64,000 bases of DNA, taken from positions 13,458 through 77,457 of the forward strand of contig JAPKGU010000001.1 of NCBI GenBank assembly GCA_026647565.1. The letters are read 5' to 3'. This document shows positions 29,905 through 36,906 of this stretch, one piece after another. Position numbers and translations under genes: made by a program. The stretch's first letter is position 1. Each line of letters starts with the position of its first letter. Under the pieces are notes generated by a model. The model was not told where the DNA came from. It was given only the letters and a program-made list of their open reading frames with translations, and did not search any database. The DNA comes from Phycisphaerales bacterium. GTDB lineage: Bacteria > Planctomycetota > Phycisphaerae > Phycisphaerales > UBA1924.

Positions 29905-29934
29905 CGCATAAACGCCCCGGCCGGGGGCCGGGGC
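29905..29934 (-). terminator. Hairpin terminator candidate downstream of the small minus-strand ORF
   Basis: Perfect 9-bp stem GCCCCGGCC / GGCCGGGGC with a 3-nt loop. On the minus strand it is followed by GTTTAT, a short T-tract. Confidence 0.4.
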
Positions 29935-29963
29935 GGGCTGGCGATCGGGCATGGGCACCCGCT

Positions 29964-30080
29964 TCAGGGCTCGTCGATCTGCGGGAGCGGGCCGTCGGTC
30001 GCTTCGTCCCATTCGAGGGCGTAGCGCTCGGCGATGTCCTCAAGGTCGTGGTCGGTCAGGTACTCGGCGGTCTTCGCCAC
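29964..30080 (-). CDS. Possible small acidic protein (38 aa from GTG; ORF open to 30182)
   Basis: AKTAEYLTDHDLEDIAERYALEWDEATDGPLPQIDEP, with a hairpin just downstream. It overlaps the 5' end of the + strand ORF 30034, so only one of the two is likely real here. Confidence 0.25.
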   Translation of the reverse strand: MAKTAEYLTDHDLEDIAERYALEWDEATDGPLPQIDEP

Positions 30081-30129
30081 CGGCTTCCAGATGATCTGGG
30101 AGGAGGCGTCGTCGTGGGTCGCCAAGCGG

Positions 30130-30714
30130 ATGCTGGAGATCCAGGGGCTGTTCGATGACGGGCTCGATGTTGAAGCCGCCAAGAAGGCGGTGGACCAGCA
30201 GCTCGAGTCCCGACTGGTCGAGCTGGAGAACGCCGCTCAGCAGTCCGTGACGGCCCGCGAGGGGCAGCGCGAACAGCAGCGCCGCGATGCGGCGGCGATG
30301 CACGAAGCGACGCTGGCCGCGATCGGCCTGGACTTCGAGAACGCGCAGGAGGCCCTGCGCAAGGATACGGAAGCGGGGCTCGCCGAGTCACAAGCGGCGC
30401 TCGACGCCGCCAAGCAGAAGCTCGCGGCCGCGATCGAGGAGGCCCGGAAGAAGCGCGAGGCCGCCGATGCCGAGAAGGGACCTGGGCGTCCCCAACGGGA
30501 CCTCCTCGCGGACTTCGAGGAGCGTCTGTCGGGCCTCGGTGCGGCCATCGGCAAGGGCATCAGTGTCACTGGGACGTTCAGCGCCGCTGCTGTCTCGGGC
30601 TTGGGCACGGGTGGCGACGCCGCCGAGCGCACCGCCAGCGCCACCGAGCAGACCGCCCGCAACACCAAGCGTCTGCTGGATGCCAGCGTCGACAACGGAC
30701 TGCGGTTTGCCTGA
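30130..30714 (+). CDS. Coiled-coil protein, possibly a truncated phage tape-measure or scaffold-like fragment
   Basis: Ala/Glu/Gln-rich coiled coil ending GTFSAAAVSGLGTGGDAAERTASATEQTARNTKRLLD. This resembles tape-measure C-terminal segments from memory only. The start is ambiguous (30034, 30091 or 30130). Confidence 0.45.
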   Translation: MLEIQGLFDDGLDVEAAKKAVDQQLESRLVELENAAQQSVTAREGQREQQRRDAAAMHEATLAAIGLDFENAQEALRKDTEAGLAESQAALDAAKQKLAAAIEEARKKREAADAEKGPGRPQRDLLADFEERLSGLGAAIGKGISVTGTFSAAAVSGLGTGGDAAERTASATEQTARNTKRLLDASVDNGLRFA

Positions 30715-30744
30715 CCCCTTCACACAGAAAGGAGTTCATCGCTC

Positions 30745-31563
30745 GTGCCCGTCGAGGTGTTTGAGAAGTTCGAGAGCCGCCGCTCCACCAAGGCGAACCA
30801 AGCCTCGCAGTCGTCTGCGGAGCTCGGCTACATCGTGCGCGGCACCGCCGACGACCTCGCGGCCCGCACCGCAGCGCAAGCGGCCTCTCCGGCGACCTAC
30901 GACACGCTCCCGCGCCAGACCATCCAGATCGAGCCCATCGGACCGCAGCTGTGGGACGTCACCGTCCGCTACAGTCAGAACGCCTCCACCGGCACGAGCA
31001 CCCCGAGCGAGTCCTCGTTCACGTTCGAGACCGGCGGCGGGACGCAGCACATCACCCAGAGCCTGCAGACCGTGCAGCGCCGGCCCGCACCAGGCACCAC
31101 CGCGCCCGACTTCGGCGGCGCGATCGGCGTCACCTCCGACGGCGTCGAGGGCGTCGACATCACCGTCCCGGTCTACCAGTTCTCCGAGACGCACTACTTC
31201 ACGGACGCGCAGGTCACCGCCTCGTACAAGGGCGCGATCTTCTCCTGCACGGGCAAGACCAACGCCGGCTCGTTCCGCGGGTTCGCGGCTGGCGAGGTGC
31301 TGTTTCTCGGTGCGACAGGCTCCAAACGCGGCGACGGCCCGGATGACGACTGGGAGATCACGTTTCGGTTCGCGGCGAGCCCAAACCAGACCAACCTGAC
31401 CGTCGGTCCCGTCACCGGGATCAACAAGAAGGGGTGGGAGTACCTGTGGGTCCGCTACGCCGACGCCGAGGACTCGGGGTCTGGCGCGATCATCAAGAAA
31501 CCCATCGCCGCGTACGTCGAGCGCGTGTACGACCAGGCCAACTTCGGAGCACTCGGAATCTAA
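30745..31563 (+). CDS. Hypothetical protein, phage-structural-looking (beta-rich, no repeats)
   Basis: GTG with AAGGAG 10 nt upstream and strong third-position GC. No family recognised. Confidence 0.55.
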   Translation: MPVEVFEKFESRRSTKANQASQSSAELGYIVRGTADDLAARTAAQAASPATYDTLPRQTIQIEPIGPQLWDVTVRYSQNASTGTSTPSESSFTFETGGGTQHITQSLQTVQRRPAPGTTAPDFGGAIGVTSDGVEGVDITVPVYQFSETHYFTDAQVTASYKGAIFSCTGKTNAGSFRGFAAGEVLFLGATGSKRGDGPDDDWEITFRFAASPNQTNLTVGPVTGINKKGWEYLWVRYADAEDSGSGAIIKKPIAAYVERVYDQANFGALGI

Positions 31564-31566
31564 AGC

Positions 31567-32607
31567 ATGTCGGACGACCTCCACAAAGTTCGCTCCGGCC
31601 AGCCGCTCCGCATCCCCGCGGGCGCGTATAACGCGTTCGTCGATGCGGCGGTCGATCTGCGCACGCGACAGGGGCGGGGCCAAGCCGTCGCCGGTCCTCT
31701 CGTCGAATCCGCGCAGCGTGGCATCGGCGTGGTGCTGGTCCGCAACGACTCGGACGAACTGATCGAGCCGCACCACGCGCTGGCGATCACCGGTGTGCTG
31801 GTCGAGCCCGGTGAGGACGACCAGGAGCGGACCTTCCACAGTCGCACGCCCCTGACGGGCGACATGGCGAACGAGGAGTCCGACACGCTCGCCCTCGCGG
31901 TGGCGCTCCAGCCCATCAAACCCAATGCCCTCGGCCCCTGCGTGCTCACCGGCGTGACGACCGCCCGGGTCTACATCACCAACGAGACCGACACCACCTG
32001 CGAGCTCGCGGCAGACGAGACGGTCCTGGCGAGCACGCCCATGGGCGGCATCCCGATCCTGTGGAAGGAGGTTGGCACCGGCGAGAAGTGGGCGGTGATC
32101 GAGCTCGGCCGCCCCTCGCCCGGACGCATCACCGCGATCCTGGGCGCGGCCCAGCCGATCCCCACCGAGCGCAACCGCTGGCGCTACCCGTGGGTCGAGG
32201 CCCAGATCGACGGCAACCCCGGCAGCCCGGACTATCTGCGGTACGTGCCGGTCGAGAACGGCCTGACCTCGCAGGCCCCCAGCGGCGGCGAGGACCCCAC
32301 GCGCCTGGCGATCAACCGCTTCGAGGCGCACCACATGGACGACTCCGAGCCCGGCTCCGGGTTCGGTGGCCTGCTCGGGCTGGGCCCGGTGTGCGAGCTC
32401 CCGGGCGTGCTGCCCAAGTGCCCGCCCGCGCGGTCGCTCAAGCCCAAGCTCGTGCCGATCCCCGAGGGCGTGTGCGTGCAGATGACCTGTGAGCGCAACA
32501 GCCGGGGCAAGCCCGTGTGGGTCTTCGAGGCCATGAGCCTCATCGAGATCGCCGACCCCGCCGACGAGGACCGCAAGTTCAACCTCTACATCGGAGGTGC
32601 CGAATGA
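31567..32607 (+). CDS. Hypothetical protein, phage-structural-looking
   Basis: ATG 3 nt after the upstream stop. Its stop overlaps the next start (ATGA). No family recognised. Confidence 0.55.
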   Translation: MSDDLHKVRSGQPLRIPAGAYNAFVDAAVDLRTRQGRGQAVAGPLVESAQRGIGVVLVRNDSDELIEPHHALAITGVLVEPGEDDQERTFHSRTPLTGDMANEESDTLALAVALQPIKPNALGPCVLTGVTTARVYITNETDTTCELAADETVLASTPMGGIPILWKEVGTGEKWAVIELGRPSPGRITAILGAAQPIPTERNRWRYPWVEAQIDGNPGSPDYLRYVPVENGLTSQAPSGGEDPTRLAINRFEAHHMDDSEPGSGFGGLLGLGPVCELPGVLPKCPPARSLKPKLVPIPEGVCVQMTCERNSRGKPVWVFEAMSLIEIADPADEDRKFNLYIGGAE

Positions 32608-33194
32608 CAACCACTCCGACCACCCCAACGCCGCTGGAGGCCAAGCGTGCCAAAGAACGGGCCAAGTACCTCGCGCTGGCCAGCAAGCCCGGCTCGACCT
32701 ACGGGTCGACCAACCACGGCCGGGCGGCGATCCCGCTCATCCAGGAGAGCAAGCCGAGGTTCGTGGTGGACTTCGGTTGCGGCCGCAACGACCTTGTGCG
32801 CGAGTTGCGGCGTCTTGGCATCGACGGGCTGGGCGTCGACTTTGCCTTCCCCGAAGCGGACCTCGTGCGCCCCATGCACGCGACCGCCCTGCAGGCGGGC
32901 ATCGCCGATGTGGTGACGAGCTTCGACGCCCTCGAGCACCTCCTGCCCGAGGACGTGGATCTCACGCTCGCGGAGATGCGCCGCGTCGCGGTGCCGCGTG
33001 GGCGGTTCATCTTCTCGATCTGCACGCGGCCGAGCACGACCACCGTCGCCGGCGAGGGTCTGCACCCGACGGTGCGTCCGCTGGACTGGTGGCTGGAGCG
33101 CATCGCCCGCGTCGGCGTCGCTGGCAGGCCCCAGGCGGGGTCCCGCTACATCGTCGGGCGGTTCAAGAGTGATGGGGGGTGCTGCGGTGCGTGA
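32604..33194 (+). CDS. Class I SAM-dependent methyltransferase
   Basis: Motif I VVDFGCGRN, post-I LGVDF and motif II/III region VVTSFDALEHL. GGAGG precedes the ATG. Confidence 0.75.
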   Translation: MTTTPTTPTPLEAKRAKERAKYLALASKPGSTYGSTNHGRAAIPLIQESKPRFVVDFGCGRNDLVRELRRLGIDGLGVDFAFPEADLVRPMHATALQAGIADVVTSFDALEHLLPEDVDLTLAEMRRVAVPRGRFIFSICTRPSTTTVAGEGLHPTVRPLDWWLERIARVGVAGRPQAGSRYIVGRFKSDGGCCGA

Positions 33195-34101
33195 GAACCA
33201 GTCCGACATCGCGGCGCTGCAGGCCGGGCTCAAGGCGCGTAAGCCCGCCCGTGATGGCCTGCGCCTCTACACCGCTCCGCCGACGTTCGAGTCGGTGTCG
33301 CTGAGCGGGTTCTACCGAGGCCGGTCCGCGTTCCTGATGCTCTCCGGGCCCTCCCTCAAGCAGATCGACCTGTCGCTGCTGGACGCCCGCGGCATCGTCA
33401 CGATGGCCGTCAACAACGCCTGGTCCGTGCGGCGTCCGACGCTCTGGACCTGCGTGGACGACCCCGGCCGCTTCATCGATGTGGGCTGGAAGGACCCGGG
33501 CATCCTGAAGTTCGTGCCGACCTGCATGTGGGACAAGCGGCTGAAGGTGATGAACCCCGACGGCACGCTCCGCAACAGCGCCTTCAAGGTCCACCAGATG
33601 CCCGGCGTGCTGTTCTTCCGACGCAGCGATCACTTCGACCACGTGCGATTCCTCACCGGGGACACGATCTCATGGGGCAACGACGCGAAGAACCCCGACT
33701 CGCTGGGCATCACCGGCAAGCGCTCGGTCATGCTCGTCGCCCTGCGCCTGCTCCACTACCTCGGCTTCTCGACGGTGTACCTGCTCGGCTGCGACTTCAA
33801 GATGGACGCGGAGCGCAAATACGCCTTCGACGAGCACCGAGCGCAGAACGCGATCCGGCACAACAACGTGCTGTATGACTCGCTGTCGAAGAGATTCGAG
33901 GCCCTCAAGCCGCACTTCGAGAAGCACCGATTCCGCGTCGTCAACTGCTCGCCCGGAAGCGCCCTGGAGGTCTTCGAGAAGATGGCCTTTGAGGACGCGG
34001 TGACGGCAGCCGCTTCCGAGTGCGGCAAGCCCATCCGCACCGACGGGTGGTACGAGCCCAATCCCAAGGCGAGCGCCCCGCAACAGGAGGCCGCACGATG
34101 A
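33172..34101 (+). CDS. MptE/DUF115 (Maf-like) putative glycosyltransferase
   Basis: FLMLSGPSLKQIDLSLL...VTMAVNNAW and YLLGCDFKMD resemble the GPSL/N.../G-D motifs of DUF115 motility-accessory-factor-type proteins (motif-level only). Start at 33172 or GTG 33187. Confidence 0.5.
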   Translation: MGGAAVRENQSDIAALQAGLKARKPARDGLRLYTAPPTFESVSLSGFYRGRSAFLMLSGPSLKQIDLSLLDARGIVTMAVNNAWSVRRPTLWTCVDDPGRFIDVGWKDPGILKFVPTCMWDKRLKVMNPDGTLRNSAFKVHQMPGVLFFRRSDHFDHVRFLTGDTISWGNDAKNPDSLGITGKRSVMLVALRLLHYLGFSTVYLLGCDFKMDAERKYAFDEHRAQNAIRHNNVLYDSLSKRFEALKPHFEKHRFRVVNCSPGSALEVFEKMAFEDAVTAAASECGKPIRTDGWYEPNPKASAPQQEAAR

Positions 34102-35606
34102 GCGACGGCCCCACTCGGTACTACCTCTACATCCCCGTCTGGGCGACGGGGCGTGCTCCGCAAGGCGGCGGGTCGAGCAACTACTCGACGCCGTCGGGCT
34201 CGACGCCCGAGAGCACGTACTCGACGCCGACCAGCACGCCGAGCATGCCGCCGAGCTACTCGACGACCGGCGACGTGATCTACACGACCGGGCCGGGCGG
34301 CACGCCCACGCTCACGTTCTACACCACCGGCGCGTTCACGAGCAACACGCCGGGGACGACGCACACGCCGTCGAGCAGCGGGGCGATGTCATCCAGCGGG
34401 ATGACCACCGACTCGTCGCAGACGCCGACGAGTTCGCAGACCCCGTCGAGCACGGGCTCATCGGGCATGAGCAGTTCCGGCGGCGGGAGTTCTTCGGGTG
34501 CATCGAGCGGTATGTCGTCGGGCGCGAGTTCGGGGGCATCGTCGGGCATGTCCACTGGTGGCAGTTCCGGTATGTCCTCGGGCATGTCGTCTGGCGGGTC
34601 GTCCGGTGGTTCATCGGGAGGCGGGTCGTCGGGTGGCGGTGGATCGAGTGGCGGCGGCAGCGGCCCCGGTGGGTCGGGTCCAGGCGGGTCCGGGCCTGGC
34701 GGCTCGGGGCCGGGTGGTTCTGGCCCGGGCGGCAGTGGTCCCGGTGGCTCCGGCCCCGGTTCCAACTGCGTGCTCGCGGGCACGCCCGTGGTGCTGGCGG
34801 ACGGCTCGACCAAGCCGGTCGAGGCGCTCCAGCCGGGCGATCGTGTCGCGGCGCTCGACGTGGCGGGCCTGGACCGCGACGTGCCGTGGCGAGCCCAGTA
34901 CCAGTGGCTCCGTCCCTGGGCCGAAGCGGCGCTCACGCCCGTCACCGGCACCGTCGGCAGCGTGAAACTCGGCACGCACGAGGGCTTCATCACCATCAAC
35001 GGACGCCTGCGCCTCACGCCCGAGCACCCGGTGCTGCTCAAACGCAACGATGAGATCGGCTTCGCGTCGGCGGAGTTCGTGCAGGTCGGCGATGCGCTCG
35101 TGCGCCAGGACCTAAGCGAGGAACTCGTCGAGTCAGTTGATCGGTCGGGCGAGCGCGTGACGACAGTGGCCGTGCATGTGCCCGGACTCAACGTGTTCCT
35201 GGTGGGCGGCGTTGGGGGGGTGTGGATTCACAACGACATGCCCGCCACGCAGCAGAGCGGCTCGGGCTCGTCGTCGGGTTCAGGGTCGAGTTCTGGATCT
35301 GGGTCCGGCTCCTCGAGCGGGAGCGGCTCCGGCAGCGGCAAGTCCAGCGGCTCGTCCATGTCGAGCTCGGGGTCCAGTTCCGGGTCGAGTTCCGGCAGTT
35401 CGTCGGGCTCATCGAGCGGGAGTGACAGCGGCTCCGGCCCGCCCGGCTCCGGATCGGGCTCCGGCAGCGCCCAGCAGTCAGTGGCGCTGGGCGAAGGCGC
35501 ATCGTCCTTCATCGAGGGTGGCATGGAGGGTGTGCCTCCGGCGAAGTGGCAGCAGAGCGGCGTAGCAAGTCTCAGCAGCGGCATCGAAGAGGAGGCAAAG
35601 GCGTGA
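34098..35606 (+). CDS. Ser/Thr/Pro- and Ser/Gly-rich protein with an internal Hint (bacterial intein-like) domain
   Basis: ATGA overlap with the upstream gene. The Hint N-terminus CVLAGTPVVLADGSTKPVEALQPGDRV starts at Cys codon 34767. Block B is TPEH. The C-terminus is VGGVWIHN (Asn codon 35232-35234) followed by Asp. The flanks are almost pure S/G/T/P. Confidence 0.8.
   Translation: MSDGPTRYYLYIPVWATGRAPQGGGSSNYSTPSGSTPESTYSTPTSTPSMPPSYSTTGDVIYTTGPGGTPTLTFYTTGAFTSNTPGTTHTPSSSGAMSSSGMTTDSSQTPTSSQTPSSTGSSGMSSSGGGSSSGASSGMSSGASSGASSGMSTGGSSGMSSGMSSGGSSGGSSGGGSSGGGGSSGGGSGPGGSGPGGSGPGGSGPGGSGPGGSGPGGSGPGSNCVLAGTPVVLADGSTKPVEALQPGDRVAALDVAGLDRDVPWRAQYQWLRPWAEAALTPVTGTVGSVKLGTHEGFITINGRLRLTPEHPVLLKRNDEIGFASAEFVQVGDALVRQDLSEELVESVDRSGERVTTVAVHVPGLNVFLVGGVGGVWIHNDMPATQQSGSGSSSGSGSSSGSGSGSSSGSGSGSGKSSGSSMSSSGSSSGSSSGSSSGSSSGSDSGSGPPGSGSGSGSAQQSVALGEGASSFIEGGMEGVPPAKWQQSGVASLSSGIEEEAKA
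34653..34757 (+). repeat. Seven tandem 15-nt units encoding (GGSGP)x7 immediately upstream of the Hint domain
   Basis: Codon by codon, every unit encodes GGSGP, but the units differ at synonymous positions (e.g. ggc ggc agc ggc ccc / ggt ggg tcg ggt cca / ggc ggg tcc ggg cct). Confidence 0.85.
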
Positions 35607-36226
35607 TTCCGAAGGTCATCTACACGGCGGACCTCAGCGGGACTCCCGACAAGCAGCGGCTCACGGCCTGGCGGCACGCGTGGCAAACCATGCATCCCGA
35701 GTGGGACGTGGTGACGCTCACGCTGGACACCAAGCCGCCGATCATGAACTACGACCAGTGGCAGCAGACCTTCGGGCTCAGCGAGCCCGCAGCCTCGGCG
35801 GCACGGCTGAACCTGCTTCGCTACGAGGTGCTGGCCCGCGAGGGCGGAGTGTTTGTCGATCCCGATCGCCTGCCGCTGCGACCGCTCGATGAGCTCGTCA
35901 CTGGCGTCGGTGCCTTCTGCTCCACGATCGCCAGCCACGGCGCGAGCCGCCCGCACATGCTCTCGCCATCGGTGCTCGGCGCGACGCGGAACCATCCGAT
36001 GCTCTGGCACGCCATCCGCGACCTGCCGCACTCGGTGCTGGTCTATCGCGGCGTGTGGGACCAGAGCGGGCCGGGGTTCCTCACCCGCGTCGTCCGCGAC
36101 CACGGACACTTCCGCGACGTGGTGCCGTTTCACTGGGCGCTCTTCGAACAGACCGAGGACGCCGCGAAGGCCCACGGCGGGGCATTCGCATTCGTGCAGC
36201 CCAAGCCCGCGGAGGTGGTGGCGTGA
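35603..36226 (+). CDS. Glycosyltransferase with DXD motif (GT32 / Gly_transf_sug-like)
   Basis: IPKVIYT N-terminus, LLRYEVLAREGGVFVDPD (DXD region). GTGA overlap with the upstream gene. Confidence 0.65.
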   Translation: MIPKVIYTADLSGTPDKQRLTAWRHAWQTMHPEWDVVTLTLDTKPPIMNYDQWQQTFGLSEPAASAARLNLLRYEVLAREGGVFVDPDRLPLRPLDELVTGVGAFCSTIASHGASRPHMLSPSVLGATRNHPMLWHAIRDLPHSVLVYRGVWDQSGPGFLTRVVRDHGHFRDVVPFHWALFEQTEDAAKAHGGAFAFVQPKPAEVVA

Positions 36227-36228
36227 GC

Positions 36229-36906
36229 ATGGCCGCACGCACCACCTCGATCCCGCGTGTCCTGCACCAGATCTGGCTGGGCAAGGGCGAGATGCCCCTC
36301 AATCAGCGGCGCTGGCGGCGGCGCTTCGCCGAGATGAACCCGCACTGGGAGATGCGGCTGTGGACGGACGACAACCTGCCGCCGATCCTGAACCGCAACG
36401 CCTGGGACGCGTGCGGCAACGTCGGCGGGACGCCCGGCTGCGTGATGCGGTCGGATATCCTGCGGCTTGAGATCCTGGCCCGGTTCGGAGGGGTCTATCT
36501 CGACACCGACGTGAAGCCCGTGCGGCCGCTGGACGAGATGTGCCCGCCCGAGGTGGTCGCGTGGGCGGCGTGCGAGCAACTCGACATCGTCACCAATGCC
36601 GCGATGGGCTTCCCGCCAAACCACCCGGCGATGTGGCACGTGGTGGCGATGATTGAAGAGTCATTCTTCGAGCGCCGGTACGTCGGTGATCAGGCGGGGC
36701 CAGGACTGATCGCCCGGGTCGTGACGCAGTACGACGACGTGGCACTCTACCCGCCGGCGTACTTCCACCCGACGGTTAGGGAGTCGAAGTCAAACCCGGA
36801 CGCGCCCGTGTTCTTGAAGGCGGCACATCTCTTCGCGGGGACGTGGGTGGAAGAGAACCGGCAACGCTACTCAAGAATGTGGCACGCGAACGAATCACCT
36901 CGCTGA
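36229..36906 (+). CDS. Glycosyltransferase with DXD motif (GT32 / Gly_transf_sug-like), paralogue of the preceding gene
   Basis: [11 protein letters not shown] and [21 protein letters not shown]. The start (GTG 36223 or ATG 36229) overlaps or abuts the upstream stop. The 3' end overlaps the copA 3' end by 12 nt. Confidence 0.7.
   Translation: MAARTTSIPRVLHQIWLGKGEMPLNQRRWRRRFAEMNPHWEMRLWTDDNLPPILNRNAWDACGNVGGTPGCVMRSDILRLEILARFGGVYLDTDVKPVRPLDEMCPPEVVAWAACEQLDIVTNAAMGFPPNHPAMWHVVAMIEESFFERRYVGDQAGPGLIARVVTQYDDVALYPPAYFHPTVRESKSNPDAPVFLKAAHLFAGTWVEENRQRYSRMWHANESPR

Larger units (their letters stand above)
23051..36906. mobile_element. Accessory island: serine-recombinase integrative element with phage-like remnants; right boundary uncertain (could extend to ~39880 and include copA-csoR)
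   Basis: Starts right after tRNA-Met and its terminators. Contains DUF2924 plus a large serine recombinase, a ParB-domain methyltransferase, Fic, a tape-measure-like fragment and translationally coupled unknown genes. No terminase, portal or capsid gene was recognised, so it is not a complete prophage. Confidence 0.45.

Noticed and set aside
34440-35470. Repetitive Ser/Gly-coding DNA, considered as a possible CRISPR array or other non-coding tandem repeat
   Set aside because: There is no repeat/spacer periodicity. The repeats are in frame within a long ORF with an RBS-coupled start and encode the S/G linkers flanking the Hint domain.
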